Source of the DNA: Longimicrobiales bacterium
GTDB lineage: Bacteria > Gemmatimonadota > Gemmatimonadetes > Longimicrobiales > Gaopeijiaceae
Reading direction: 5' to 3'
DNA: 64,000 bases
Assembly: GCA_965238005.1 (NCBI GenBank)
Contig: OZ250165.1
Span: 2,304,001-2,368,000, forward strand
The notes below the pieces were generated by a model. That model was given only the letters and a program-made list of their open reading frames with translations, had not been told where the DNA came from and did no database searches. The translations under genes and the position numbers were made by a program. Shown here piece by piece: positions 48,892 to 59,320 of the stretch. Position 1 is the stretch's first letter; each line of letters opens with the position of its first letter.

Positions 48892-50549
48892 AGGGTCTCC
48901 AACAGCTCGCGCGCATGGTCCCGCGACGTCTCCGACTCGGGATCGCCTCCGAGCATCCTGGCGATCTCCCGGACCCGCGCCTCTCCCTTCAGCTCATCGA
49001 CGCTGGTGGCCGCGAGGCCGTCTCCCTCAGTCTTTTCGACGAGAAGGTGGCTGCGAGCTCGGGACGCCAGTTGAGGCAGGTGAGTGATGACGAATACCTG
49101 ATGGTAACGGGCGACTTCCTGGAGCTTAGCTGCCACGAGGGTGGCCACCTGACCGCCGATCCCCGCGTCAATCTCGTCGAAGATCAGGGTGGGAACCTGA
49201 TCGACCCGGGCCAGGATGGCCTTGAGGGCCAGCATGACCCTGGAGAGCTCCCCGCCGCTGGCCACCCGGCCGAGGGGCATGGGAGGAAAGCCAGCGTTGA
49301 CCGACACCAGGAACTCCACCCGCTCGGCGCCGCGGTTTCCCACAGTGGGCAAAGCCTCGAGAAGCACCTGGAACGTGGCTCCGGGAAGACCCAGATCAGG
49401 CAGGAGTGCCTCCACCTCCGTCTCGAGTCGACGTGCGGCCTCCTGCCGTTTGCCCGTCAGCCTTTCGGCGGCATCGGTCAGTGCGGTGCGAGTCTCATCG
49501 ACGTCCCGTTGGAGCGCCTCTTCGTCCCAGCCCGAACCCTCTAGCTCGTCCAGCTCGGCGCTCAGGCGACCGCCGGTCTCCACGACGTCGGTGAGCCCCG
49601 GACCGTACTTGCGCTTGAGGCGGAGAATCAGGTCAAGGCGCTCTCGCACCTCCTCGAGCCGGCCGGGGTCATGCCGGACGTTCCCGGCGTAATCCCCCAG
49701 CTCACGGCCCACGTCGGCCAGGGCGTGATACGCCTCCTTGAGGGCGTCGTGGGCGCCCTCCAGCGACGGGTCCCACTCCTTCAGACGTGACAGTGAGCCG
49801 AGCAATTGCGAGAGACGATCGGTGACAGCCCCGTCCCCGCCGTAGAGCTCGGCGTGGATCGAGGTCGCCTCCCGGAGCAGCTCCTCGGAGTGCTCGAGGC
49901 GACGCCCTTCGTCCTCCAGGGCCGCGTCCTCTCCGACCTCCACCCGGCCTTTCTCGATCTCCGCAAGCTGGAATCGCAGGAAGTCCGCCCGGCTTTCCAG
50001 CTCACGGCGTCGTTCTCGAAGCTCCGAGAGCCGCGTCTCGAGGCCGGTGAGCGTCTCGAATGCTTCGACCACGTCGGCCGCATCACCTTCGGCGTCACCG
50101 AAGGCGTCCAGGATGTTCCGCTGCGCCTCCCGCCTCAGCAGGGTTTGGTGCTCATGTTGGCCGTGGAGATCGACCAGGACCCTACCGAGCTCGCCCACGA
50201 CCCGTGCCGTGGTGGGGGAGCCGTTCATCCAGGCTCGATTCCTCCCCTCGGCCGCGACCTCCCTCCGCAGGATCAGCAGACCGTCCTCGGCCTCCTGACC
50301 GAGCTCGGCCAGGCGGGAGAGAAGCTCGAGCCGCTCCGATACGTCGAAGACGGCCTCGACCCGGGCCCGCTCCGCCCCGACCCGCACGGAGTCGCTCGAC
50401 GCACGCTCACCCAACAGGAGCGAGAGCGCACCGACGATGATGGACTTGCCTGCCCCGGTCTCGCCCGAGAGAACGCTCAAGCCGGGGCCCAGCTCAAGGG
50501 AGAGGTCGTCGATGACGGCATAGTCGCGGACGCGGAGCTCGATCAGCAT
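48888..50549 (-). CDS. recN: DNA repair protein RecN
   Basis: GETGAGKS, HGQHEHQ, ASGGELSR, FDEIDAGIGG, ITHLPQ. Confidence 0.97.
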   Translation of the reverse strand: MLIELRVRDYAVIDDLSLELGPGLSVLSGETGAGKSIIVGALSLLLGERASSDSVRVGAERARVEAVFDVSERLELLSRLAELGQEAEDGLLILRREVAAEGRNRAWMNGSPTTARVVGELGRVLVDLHGQHEHQTLLRREAQRNILDAFGDAEGDAADVVEAFETLTGLETRLSELRERRRELESRADFLRFQLAEIEKGRVEVGEDAALEDEGRRLEHSEELLREATSIHAELYGGDGAVTDRLSQLLGSLSRLKEWDPSLEGAHDALKEAYHALADVGRELGDYAGNVRHDPGRLEEVRERLDLILRLKRKYGPGLTDVVETGGRLSAELDELEGSGWDEEALQRDVDETRTALTDAAERLTGKRQEAARRLETEVEALLPDLGLPGATFQVLLEALPTVGNRGAERVEFLVSVNAGFPPMPLGRVASGGELSRVMLALKAILARVDQVPTLIFDEIDAGIGGQVATLVAAKLQEVARYHQVFVITHLPQLASRARSHLLVEKTEGDGLAATSVDELKGEARVREIARMLGGDPESETSRDHARELLETL

Positions 50550-50660
50550 GGAGGGAAATCTACCAGGGCCCCATGAGCCCCCTCAATGGGAGTTGGGGTC
50601 GCGGAGCCGGGAGCCGCCTCGGAGTGAAAAGTGCGGTTGCGCCGACGCTGGCACCGCCCG

Positions 50661-51575
50661 TCAGCCCGACGGCCGGGCGGCCCAGTTGAGCTTGCCCTGC
50701 AGGGTCCCGAAGAAGTTCTGGTCCGAGAAGCGGACCAGGGGGATCTCAACCTCGGAGCGAGTGATGCGGACCTCGGCGCCCACGCCGAAGTCGTGGGCCA
50801 GCTGCCCGTCGGCCGTCAGAACCAAGTCGTCGGTGCCCTCGAGAGGGCTCACCGCCAGGACCTGGCTTCCGGGAATGACCAGGGGACGCACCGCCAGGGT
50901 GTGTGGACAGACCGGGGTGACGATGAGGCAGTCCACCGACGGCACCACGATGGGACCACCTGCTGACAGGGAGTAAGCCGTGGATCCGGTGGGCGTCGAG
51001 ACGATGAGCCCATCCCCGGAGAAGCTGCCCACCTCCTGCCAGTCCTCTCCCTCCTTCACGCGCAGGTCCAGGCGCGAGACCCGGGCAACCCCACCCTTAT
51101 GGATCACGAAGTCGTTCCATGCCAACAGGAGATCGCCCTCCGACCCGTCGGTGTGGATCACCCGCGCTTCCACCATGAACCGCCGGTCCAGGACGTAGTC
51201 GCCCTCGAGGACACGGCCCAAGCGGTCCTCCATCTCGAGATGAGGAAGCCCCGTGAGGAAGCCGAGGTGGCCAACGTTGATTCCCAGAACGGGGATCTCC
51301 CGTCCCGCGGCCATGCGCCCCGCCCTCAGGAGCGTACCGTCCCCCCCGAAGGCGATGAGGAAATCGACCGACTCGTCGTCGAGATCCAACCGTTTGGCCC
51401 CCTCGGGCGCGTCGGCGAGGAGGTGCTCCTCGAAGCAAACGCTGAGGTCGTGATCGTCCGCGAACCGGGCGAGACGCTGAACACAGCTCGGTAAGTCCTC
51501 ATGTGCAGAGCGCCCGAGTACGCCGATGCGCCGGAGCTCGTTCCCGGGATCGGCCCGGGAGACCTCGTCCGTCAC
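50661..51575 (-). CDS. nadK: NAD kinase
   Basis: GGDGTLL, GHLGFL, GDGLIVSTPTGSTAYSLSAGGP; GTG start overlaps the dxs stop. Confidence 0.95.
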   Translation of the reverse strand: MTDEVSRADPGNELRRIGVLGRSAHEDLPSCVQRLARFADDHDLSVCFEEHLLADAPEGAKRLDLDDESVDFLIAFGGDGTLLRAGRMAAGREIPVLGINVGHLGFLTGLPHLEMEDRLGRVLEGDYVLDRRFMVEARVIHTDGSEGDLLLAWNDFVIHKGGVARVSRLDLRVKEGEDWQEVGSFSGDGLIVSTPTGSTAYSLSAGGPIVVPSVDCLIVTPVCPHTLAVRPLVIPGSQVLAVSPLEGTDDLVLTADGQLAHDFGVGAEVRITRSEVEIPLVRFSDQNFFGTLQGKLNWAARPSG

Positions 51576-53488
51576 GCAGTCTCCGCAGCGGATGAAACGG
51601 CGTCGCCGAGCATGCGCCTCGCCTCGGTGACGATCCCTTCGACGTCGAGCCCCACCTCGCGGAGCAGCGCGTCGCGCGTTCCGTGCTCGACGAACCGATC
51701 CGGAAGCCCGAGGCATCGCACCTGCACATCGTGTCCCGGCTCCAGATTGTCGATCTCGCGGGTCATGCACGCCCCGAAGCCGTTGAGGACAGCTCCCTCC
51801 TCGATGGTCAGCACCTTCCCGTGTCCCTCGACGACCTCCTGGAGGACCTCCCTATCGTGGGGCTTCAGGAAACGGCAATTCACCACCGTGGCCTGGACTC
51901 CCCGGGCGGCCAGCGCCTGGGCCGCCTCGAGAGCTTCGAGGACCATGGTACCCGTGGCGAGGAAGGCGATGTCGGACCCACGGCGCAGCACCTCCCACGT
52001 GCCGTAATCGACCTCCGGGATCTCGCTGACATGCGGCACCTCCGCCGGTACGGCATCTCTCGGCCAACGCACGGAGAACGGCCCATCCTCGTGCTCGATC
52101 CCGAGACGCACGAGGGCCAGCATCTCCGCCCCGTCCTTCGGGGCCGTCACCGTCATGCCGGGGGTCAGCATCATGTATGGGATGTCGAAGGCCCCGTGAT
52201 GAGTCGGGCCATCGGGTCCCGCGATCCCTGCACGGTCCATGCAGAACACCACCGGCAGATCCTGAAGCGCGACGTCGTGGATGATGCTGTCGAACGCCCG
52301 CTGCAGGAAGGTCGAGTAAATGCACACGACGGGGCGGATCCCCTTCTGCGTGGCCATCCCTGCTGCCGCGGTGACGCCGTGGGCCTCGGCGATTCCGACG
52401 TCGAAGTACCGATCCGGGAACGCCTCCCCGAAGATGTCGGTGCTGGTGCCGTCCGGCATCCCGGCCGTAATGGCCACGATCCGCTCATCGACTTCGCCGA
52501 GCTCCTTGAGGCCTCGACCGAAGACTTTCTGGTAGCGCGGAAGTCCGCCGCCCTTCTTCTTGGCCTCGCCGGAGATCTTGTCGAATGGTGAAGCCGCGTG
52601 CCACTTGTACGCGTTCTCCTCGGCGAGCGCGAATCCCTTCCCCTTTTGGGTGATGACGTGGACGAGAATCGGGCCGTCGAGACGACGCACCGCGGAGAGG
52701 GTGTCGACGAGGGAGTCGAGGTCGTGGCCGTCCACGGGCCCGATGTAGCGGAAGCCCAGCTCCTCGAAGAGCATGCCCGGTAGGAAGAGCCCCTTCACGC
52801 TCCCCTCCGCCCGACCGGCGACACGTATCAGAGCGCCCTCGGCACCGCCGGGTCCCTTGGAGAGCAGCTCCTTCACCTCGTCGCGGATCCGGTTGTAGAC
52901 CGGATGCGTGATCACGCCCGTGAGGTATTTGTTCATCGCCCCCACGTTGGGAGCGATGGAGTGATCGTTGTCGTTGAGAACGACGATGAGATCGCGATCC
53001 GTGTGTCCGGCGTTGTTGAGTGCCTCGTACGCCAGGCCGCATCCCATGGCCCCATCGCCGATGACGGCGACCACACTGAAGTCGTCCCCGTTCAGGTCAC
53101 GCGCGATGGCCGTGCCAAGGGCCGCCGAGATCGAGGTGGCGGCGTGTCCCGCGCCGAAGTGGTCGTACTCCGACTCGTCGCGTCGGAGGAAGGGCGCCAA
53201 CCCGTCCTTCTGCCGGATGGTCGGCAACTGCTCGTTCCTGCCGGTCAGGATCTTGTGGATATAGCCCTGATGGCCGGTGTCCCAGATCAGCTTGTCGCGA
53301 GGCGTATCGAAGGCGTAGTGGAGGGCGACGGTGAGCTCGGCGACGCCGAGGCTCCCGCCGAAGTGACCCCCGATCTTCGAGATCACGTCGATATGCCGAT
53401 CTCGGGCCTCGGTGACCAGTTCGTGCAGCTGGTCTCTCGCCAGCCGACGGATATCCCCGGGGTCCTGAATTCGGTCGAGAAGGGTCAC
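51572..53488 (-). CDS. dxs: 1-deoxy-D-xylulose-5-phosphate synthase
   Basis: WDTGHQGY, GDGAM, YIGPVDGH, DVGIAE, DGPTHHG. Confidence 0.97.
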   Translation of the reverse strand: MTLLDRIQDPGDIRRLARDQLHELVTEARDRHIDVISKIGGHFGGSLGVAELTVALHYAFDTPRDKLIWDTGHQGYIHKILTGRNEQLPTIRQKDGLAPFLRRDESEYDHFGAGHAATSISAALGTAIARDLNGDDFSVVAVIGDGAMGCGLAYEALNNAGHTDRDLIVVLNDNDHSIAPNVGAMNKYLTGVITHPVYNRIRDEVKELLSKGPGGAEGALIRVAGRAEGSVKGLFLPGMLFEELGFRYIGPVDGHDLDSLVDTLSAVRRLDGPILVHVITQKGKGFALAEENAYKWHAASPFDKISGEAKKKGGGLPRYQKVFGRGLKELGEVDERIVAITAGMPDGTSTDIFGEAFPDRYFDVGIAEAHGVTAAAGMATQKGIRPVVCIYSTFLQRAFDSIIHDVALQDLPVVFCMDRAGIAGPDGPTHHGAFDIPYMMLTPGMTVTAPKDGAEMLALVRLGIEHEDGPFSVRWPRDAVPAEVPHVSEIPEVDYGTWEVLRRGSDIAFLATGTMVLEALEAAQALAARGVQATVVNCRFLKPHDREVLQEVVEGHGKVLTIEEGAVLNGFGACMTREIDNLEPGHDVQVRCLGLPDRFVEHGTRDALLREVGLDVEGIVTEARRMLGDAVSSAAETA

Positions 53489-53527
53489 GGATTCAGCTCC
53501 TGAAGGTTACTCTCCCACAACACCGCA

Positions 53528-54439
53528 CTACCGCTTCCGTTCCACGACGTAGCGGGCGAGGGCGGCGAGCTCGGGAGCCTCGATCGCTGCCGCACGGAGG
53601 GCCTCGAGGGCCTCTTCGGCGAGAGCCCGAGCCCGTCGGAGAGCTTCCTCGATACCGTGGAGGGAAACGTAGGTGCTCTTGTCGAGCAGCCCGTCACTCG
53701 GATTCTTCCCCAGGTCGGCGGCGGAAGAGGTCTCGTCCAGGATGTCGTCGGTGACCTGGAACGCGAGCCCAACGGCCCGCCCGTAGCCGCGAAGTCCGGC
53801 GAGCGTCGGGTCGGGCGCACCCGCGGCCAGCCCTCCGATCACGAGTGAGGCCGTCAAGAGCGCTCCGGTCTTCATCCGGTGAAGGTCGTCCAGCTCGGCC
53901 GATTCCAAGGCACGCCCTTCCGCCAGAAGATCCAGGTACTGACCCCCCACCATGCCACCGCCTCCCGCCGCACGGTTGAGCTCCCGAACGACGGCTTTGG
54001 CCGTGTCCTCGTCACATCCCAGGGCCCGGGCGGCCCGAAGCGCTTGAAGCGACGCGGCCGGGATGAGAGCTAGCCCAGCCCGAACCGTCGCCTCCTCTCC
54101 ATAGAGCGTGTGGGACGTGGGCCGGCCCCTCCGCAGTGCGGCGTCGTCCATGCACGGGAGGTCGTCATGCATGAGCGAGTAAGCGTGAATGAGCTCGAGG
54201 GAGACGCCGAGGTCATGAGCCATCGGCCCCCCGTTCCCTCCGCACGTGCTGTAGGCCACCGTGCAGAGAATGGGTCTGAGGCGCTTTCCCCCCGTCATCA
54301 CAGCGTGCCGAACAGGCTCGGCGAGGCTCGTGGGGAGATGGCCCGAGAAGTACCGCAGAGAGCGCTCGAGGGCCTTCTCCACCTCTTCCCTCTCCCGGAG
54401 GAGGAACGCCTCGAGGTCGAGGGACGGGTCGTCCGTCAC
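53528..54439 (-). CDS. ispA: Polyprenyl diphosphate synthase
   Basis: GGKRLRP, HDDLPCMDD, FQVTDDILD. Confidence 0.93.
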   Translation of the reverse strand: MTDDPSLDLEAFLLREREEVEKALERSLRYFSGHLPTSLAEPVRHAVMTGGKRLRPILCTVAYSTCGGNGGPMAHDLGVSLELIHAYSLMHDDLPCMDDAALRRGRPTSHTLYGEEATVRAGLALIPAASLQALRAARALGCDEDTAKAVVRELNRAAGGGGMVGGQYLDLLAEGRALESAELDDLHRMKTGALLTASLVIGGLAAGAPDPTLAGLRGYGRAVGLAFQVTDDILDETSSAADLGKNPSDGLLDKSTYVSLHGIEEALRRARALAEEALEALRAAAIEAPELAALARYVVERKR

Positions 54440-54699
54440 TCCGACTCGTCCTCCAGGGGCCGTGTGACCTGTTCGTCGGGGGGACCCAAAAGCTCGTCGA
54501 CCTTGAGCTCGGCGTTTCTGAGGATGTCCTCGGCGCTCCGCACGTGCTCCACGCCTTCTTCGAAGAGGGCCAGGGCTCCTTCCAGCTCCAGGTCGTCTGC
54601 CTCCAGGGACCGCACGATCTCCTCGAGGCGTCGCAGACGCTCCTCCAAGGAGGGAGCGGCATCCGTGGTTTGATCGGGCAAATGGTCTGCCGGCGTCAC
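54436..54699 (-). CDS. xseB: Exodeoxyribonuclease VII small subunit
   Basis: LEEIVRSLE...LEGALALFEEG. Confidence 0.92.
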   Translation of the reverse strand: MTPADHLPDQTTDAAPSLEERLRRLEEIVRSLEADDLELEGALALFEEGVEHVRSAEDILRNAELKVDELLGPPDEQVTRPLEDESE

Positions 54700-54745
54700 G
54701 ATGGATGTCTCCTTGCTGCGGGCCTATCCGTCTCTACCGATCCGA

Positions 54746-55966
54746 TCACTGCGATGATCCAGCACCTGCCCCGTCTCGCCCCAGCGCCTCACAGGGCACC
54801 GACCCGTCCGAAACCCGAAGCGAGAAACGCAAACCGGGCTTCAGCTCGGCGGCAGTACGCAGGACCTGGCCGGCATCGTCCTGAGGCAGCGCATATCCCC
54901 GACCCAGCGTGGCCAAGGGCGACAGGACATCCATCTTGCCGGCTGCCTCCGACAGACGTGCCACCTTGAGCGAGACCAACTTCCGTACCGCCGTCTCCAT
55001 CCGATCACCAGCCCGGCCGAGGGCTTCCCTTCGAGGCCGGGCCAAAGCTGACGCCGAGCGTCGCAGCTGACCCAGCCGGACGATTAGCGTCTCACGGCGC
55101 CTGAGGGCCGTCCCACGCAAGGCTCGACTCATTCGCTCTCTGGTCGATGCAAGAACTTCGCCTAACCCCTCTCCGTCCTGGACCGCAGTCTCCGCTCCAG
55201 CCGACGGGGTGGGCGCGCGGTGGTCCGCCACCAGGTCCGCCACCGTGACGTCGATCTCGTGACCCACCGCCGAGATCACAGGCACCGGACAGTGGGCGAT
55301 GGCCCGGGCCACCTCCTCCTCGTTGAAGGCCCAGAGGTCCTCCAGGGAGCCGCCCCCTCGACCGACGATCAGCACGTCCACGAGCCCGCTTTCCCCTAGG
55401 GCCTCGATGGCCCTGGCCACCTCCGCACCCGCACCCTCGCCCTGGACGCGTGTCCCCCGGACGACGACCCGGGTCCAGGGAGCTCGACGCCGAATGACGG
55501 TGACGATGTCGTGGAGGGCCGCCCCGCTCAGAGACGTCACGACACCCACGGCCCTCGGGAACCGTGGCAGCGGCCTCTTACGTTCGGAAGCCAGGAGCCC
55601 TTCGGCATCGAGCTTCGCCCGAACACGCTCGAAGGCGAGGCGCCAAAGACCCTCCTCACCTTCGGCCTCGAGGCGACGTACGATGAGCTGATACTCGCCC
55701 TTGGCCTCGTACAGCGACAAGCCACCGAAGGCCCGGACGTTCATGCCCTGCTCGGGGTCGGTGGGGAGGGTGGCCGCTTCCGTCCGGAACATGGCGCAGC
55801 GAAGCTGCGCCCGATCGTCCTTCAGGGTGAAGTAACAGTGTCCGGACCGAGCCCGGTTCCAATTGGCCACCTCACCGGAGACCCAGAGGCTCTCGATGGT
55901 GTCTTCCAGTAGGAGGCGTACTGCCCGGTTGACCCGAGTGACGCTCCAGACGCGCGGGCTCGTCAT
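54746..55966 (-). CDS. xseA: Exodeoxyribonuclease VII large subunit
   Basis: SGHCYFTLKD, GRGGGSLEDLWAFNEE, SAVGHE, APTPSA. Confidence 0.96.
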   Translation of the reverse strand: MTSPRVWSVTRVNRAVRLLLEDTIESLWVSGEVANWNRARSGHCYFTLKDDRAQLRCAMFRTEAATLPTDPEQGMNVRAFGGLSLYEAKGEYQLIVRRLEAEGEEGLWRLAFERVRAKLDAEGLLASERKRPLPRFPRAVGVVTSLSGAALHDIVTVIRRRAPWTRVVVRGTRVQGEGAGAEVARAIEALGESGLVDVLIVGRGGGSLEDLWAFNEEEVARAIAHCPVPVISAVGHEIDVTVADLVADHRAPTPSAGAETAVQDGEGLGEVLASTRERMSRALRGTALRRRETLIVRLGQLRRSASALARPRREALGRAGDRMETAVRKLVSLKVARLSEAAGKMDVLSPLATLGRGYALPQDDAGQVLRTAAELKPGLRFSLRVSDGSVPCEALGRDGAGAGSSQ

Positions 55967-55981
55967 GTGATCACGGTCCCC

Positions 55982-56896
55982 TTAGGAGGCCGTCGAAGCC
56001 CTCGAGAGGCTGGCGCTCGTCGACCGAGCCGCAGCGTCCACCGTGTTGGAGAGCAGCATCGCGATCGTCATCGGCCCCACACCCCCGGGCACAGGGCTGA
56101 TGGCCGACGCCACCTCCTTCACCTCGTCGAACGCTACGTCACCGATAAGGCGGTACCCACGCTCTCGGGTGTCGTCGTCGACCCGGTTGACGCCCACGTC
56201 GATGACCACGGCCCCCGGCTTCACCATGTCACCCCGAATGAATTCGGGGAGCCCGATCGCCGCGATGAGGATATCGGCTTCCCGAGTGACGGCGCCCAGG
56301 TCGGCGGTGCGGCTGTGAGCTACCGTCACTGTGGCATTGCCTCCGGAGGCCTTCCGCAGAAGGAGCGACGCCATGGGACGCCCGACGATGTTGGACCGTC
56401 CCACGACCACCGCGTGTTTACCCGCCGGATCATTCCCGCTGCGCATGAGCATCTCGATCACGCCCCGGGGGGTGCACGGTGTGAGCACATCCAGATCACC
56501 AGTGGCCAGCCGGCCGACGTTCACGGGATGGAACCCGTCCACGTCCTTCTCCGGATCGATGGCCAAGAGGATTTTGGCTTCGTCGATCTGGTCGGGCAGC
56601 GGAAGCTGCACCAGGACTCCATGGATGTCGGGGTCGGTGTTCAGCCCGGCCACAATCCCCAGTAGCTCGTCTTCGGTGACCTCCACCGGGAGGGTGATCT
56701 GACGCGAGTAGATACCCACCTCTATGGCGGCCTTGTTCTTCATGCCGACGTAAACGTGACTGGCCGGATCGTCGCCGACCAGCACCACGGCCAACCCGGG
56801 CGTGAGCCCCGACACCTTCAGCTCCGCCACGCGCTCCTTGAGCTCCGCTCTGATGGACGCGGCTATCTCCTTGCCCGATATGATCTCAGCGGACAT
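55982..56896 (-). CDS. folD: Methylene-THF dehydrogenase/cyclohydrolase
   Basis: KDVDGFHP, PCTP, GRSNIVGRP, PVPGGVGPMT. Confidence 0.97.
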   Translation of the reverse strand: MSAEIISGKEIAASIRAELKERVAELKVSGLTPGLAVVLVGDDPASHVYVGMKNKAAIEVGIYSRQITLPVEVTEDELLGIVAGLNTDPDIHGVLVQLPLPDQIDEAKILLAIDPEKDVDGFHPVNVGRLATGDLDVLTPCTPRGVIEMLMRSGNDPAGKHAVVVGRSNIVGRPMASLLLRKASGGNATVTVAHSRTADLGAVTREADILIAAIGLPEFIRGDMVKPGAVVIDVGVNRVDDDTRERGYRLIGDVAFDEVKEVASAISPVPGGVGPMTIAMLLSNTVDAAARSTSASLSRASTAS

Positions 56897-56941
56897 TCGC
56901 TCTCCTCTATGTGCTCCTGGGTCGCCCCCACGGGGCGGCGC

Positions 56942-56978
56942 CTAGTGGGCGCGGTGCATCCGTGGAATGGAACACTAG
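56942..56978. repeat. 37-bp internally deleted remnant of the type-A MITE
   Basis: CTAGT-GGGCGCGGTGCATCCGTGG-AATGGAACACTAG: core segment plus end, CTAG on both sides; contains the rny stop. Confidence 0.6.
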
Positions 56979-58546
56979 CGTGCAAAATCGATGGCCCGGG
57001 TCTCGCGGATCACGACCACCTTGATCTGACCCGGGTACTGCAGCTCGCCTTCGATGCGCCGCGCCACCGCTTCGGAGATCTGAGCCATTTCGTTGTCCGT
57101 GACCTTCTCCGGCTCGACCATGACACGTATCTCGCGGCCTGCCTGAATGGCGAAGCAGCGCTCGACGCCGGGATGCTCCATGGCCAGCTCCTCCAGCCTC
57201 TCCAGCCGCTTGACGTACCCCTCGAACATCTCGCGTCGGGCACCCGGGCGGGATCCGGAGATGGCGTCGCCCGCCGTCACGAGGAACGTCTCGGCGAAGA
57301 AGTGGGGCTCCTCATCGTGATGCGCCCTGATGGCGTTCAGCACGATCTCCGACTCGTTGTGCTTTTTGCAGAGGCGATATCCGAGCTCCACGTGGGTACC
57401 TTCCTGCTCGTGCGTCAGACCCTTCCCCACGTCGTGGAGCACGCCCGCCCGCTTCGTGGCTTGCACGTCCAGCCCCATCTCCGCCGCCATGTTCCCAGCC
57501 AGGAGCGCCACCTCCTTGGCGTGCTGAAGCTGGTTCTGGCCATACGAGGTCCTAAACTTCAGCCGGCCGAGGACCTTTACAATCTCGGAGTGGACGTTGT
57601 GGATTCCGAGCTCGTAGAGCACCTCCTCGGCCGCTTCGACCATGGATTGCTCCACCTCTTTCCGGCTCTTCTCCACCATCTCCTCGATGCGGCCCGGGTG
57701 GATTCGTCCATCTTCGATGAGCCGCTGTAGCGCGATCCGCGCCACCTCTCGCCGCACCGGGTCGAACCCTGAGAGAACCACGGCCTCAGGGGTGTCGTCG
57801 ATGATGACGTCGATGCCGGTGGCTTGCTCGAACGAGCGGATGTTGCGTCCTTCTCGCCCGATGATGCGGCCCTTCATCTCGTCGGAGGGGAGCTGTACGA
57901 CGGAGACCGTCATCTCCGCGGTCTGGTCCGCCGCCATTCGCTGTATGGCGAGGCCCAGGATCTTCTTGGATTCGCGGTCGGCGTTGCGTTGCGCCTCTTC
58001 CTTGATCTCGCGGAGGTCGTTGGCGGCGTCGGCCCTTGCTTCGTCCTTCAGGTCTTCGATCAGTTCCTGCTTGGCCTCGGCCGCTGAAGTCCCCACCAGC
58101 GCTTCGAGCTTCTTGCGAACCTCGGCCCGGGCGCGATCCACCTCCTGGGCCTGCACGGTGAGCTCCCGTTCCTGCTGGTCCAGCCCCTTGCTGCGCTGCG
58201 CCTGGGCCGACTCCTTTTCGTTCAAGGTGTCGAAGCGGCGGTCCAGCGCATCCGCGCGCTCGGCCAGGCGCTGCTCCGCCCGCTCGTCCTCCTCCCTGTG
58301 CCGCTGCTCCTCTTTCTCCCACGACTCCCGGAGCCGGAAGACCTCTTCCTTTCCTTCGAGGACCTTGGACGTACGGAGGTTGTCCGCCTCTTCCTGAGCG
58401 CGAGCCAGGATCCTGGATGCTTCATCCTCGGCGGCGGCCTGTGCCTTCCTCTGACGCGATTGCTCGATCAGGCCGCGTCCGACATATCCCGCGGCTCCAA
58501 AGAACAACGCCGCGCCCGCCGCCAGTCCGATAACCAGCGGATCCAT
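56975..58546 (-). CDS. rny: Ribonuclease Y
   Basis: N-terminal TM, coiled coil, KH (KGRIIGREGRNI), HD (LHDVGK). Confidence 0.97.
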   Translation of the reverse strand: MDPLVIGLAAGAALFFGAAGYVGRGLIEQSRQRKAQAAAEDEASRILARAQEEADNLRTSKVLEGKEEVFRLRESWEKEEQRHREEDERAEQRLAERADALDRRFDTLNEKESAQAQRSKGLDQQERELTVQAQEVDRARAEVRKKLEALVGTSAAEAKQELIEDLKDEARADAANDLREIKEEAQRNADRESKKILGLAIQRMAADQTAEMTVSVVQLPSDEMKGRIIGREGRNIRSFEQATGIDVIIDDTPEAVVLSGFDPVRREVARIALQRLIEDGRIHPGRIEEMVEKSRKEVEQSMVEAAEEVLYELGIHNVHSEIVKVLGRLKFRTSYGQNQLQHAKEVALLAGNMAAEMGLDVQATKRAGVLHDVGKGLTHEQEGTHVELGYRLCKKHNESEIVLNAIRAHHDEEPHFFAETFLVTAGDAISGSRPGARREMFEGYVKRLERLEELAMEHPGVERCFAIQAGREIRVMVEPEKVTDNEMAQISEAVARRIEGELQYPGQIKVVVIRETRAIDFAR

Positions 58547-58712
58547 TTGTTTTATTGCTCCGAAAATCAGACGCCAGCAGAGAGGCGTCTGCATGGTTGG
58601 CGTTAGCTAACAGGCAAACAATAGAATTTGGGCTCGGCGAAACGCAAGGTCGCCGAAGGTCCCGCTCCATGCGGCCCGGCAGTGGGAGGGGGTGCCTAGA
58701 TCGAAGCGCCCG

Positions 58713-59009
58713 CTACTCGTGGGCGATGGCAGCTTCCAGCCGTTCGGCGAGTTCCTCCATCCTCGACACCAGATCGATGCCGCTTCGCTCGAGATCGTCC
58801 TTCGCCTGAAAGAGCTCGTCGGTGATGGAGAGGGCGGCGAGGATGGCGGCCTTGTGTCCTTCCAGGAGGCCGACCTGTTTCTTGATGTCATGTATCCGCT
58901 GATCTACATGCCGGGCACAGCGTTTGGTATAATCCGCCTGGGCACTGGAGCGGATGGTATGCTCTTCGCCGGCGATCCTGACCGTTACCGATTCCTTTTC
59001 TGCACTCAC
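58713..59009 (-). CDS. zapA: Cell division protein ZapA
   Basis: VTVRIAGEEHTI...AILAALSITDEL; pheT-zapB-zapA-rny context. Confidence 0.88.
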   Translation of the reverse strand: MSAEKESVTVRIAGEEHTIRSSAQADYTKRCARHVDQRIHDIKKQVGLLEGHKAAILAALSITDELFQAKDDLERSGIDLVSRMEELAERLEAAIAHE

Positions 59010-59320
59010 CTTTGCTCCTCCAGGAATTTGATTCTTGCCAGAAGACGCTCGACTCCCTCTCTGCCCTGGTTCAGCCGGGTTCGGAGGTCGCGATTCTCCT
59101 CCTCCAGGATGTGGAGCCGGTCGATCATCTCACGAGGGCCTCTTTCTCCGGACGTCACACCACGAAGCAGCCCCTCCAGCTCCTCGCCCTGAGCCTCCAT
59201 ACGAGCGACTTCCTGGCGGAGCCGGCCGACCTCTCCGACGGCCAGGGACACGACTTCCTCCAGCCGCTCAATTGCCTGGGCCGGCGTGACGTTCGAATTT
59301 TCAGAGGCGTTGTTCGACAC
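59006..59320 (-). CDS. ZapB-like coiled-coil protein
   Basis: Short heptad-rich protein between pheT and zapA. Confidence 0.7.
   Translation of the reverse strand: MSNNASENSNVTPAQAIERLEEVVSLAVGEVGRLRQEVARMEAQGEELEGLLRGVTSGERGPREMIDRLHILEEENRDLRTRLNQGREGVERLLARIKFLEEQR

Noticed and set aside
53510..53530. TAGTGCGGTGTTG (minus strand) at the ispA stop, resembling a type-B MITE end
   Set aside because: Match is too short (~11 bp) and no core sequence follows.
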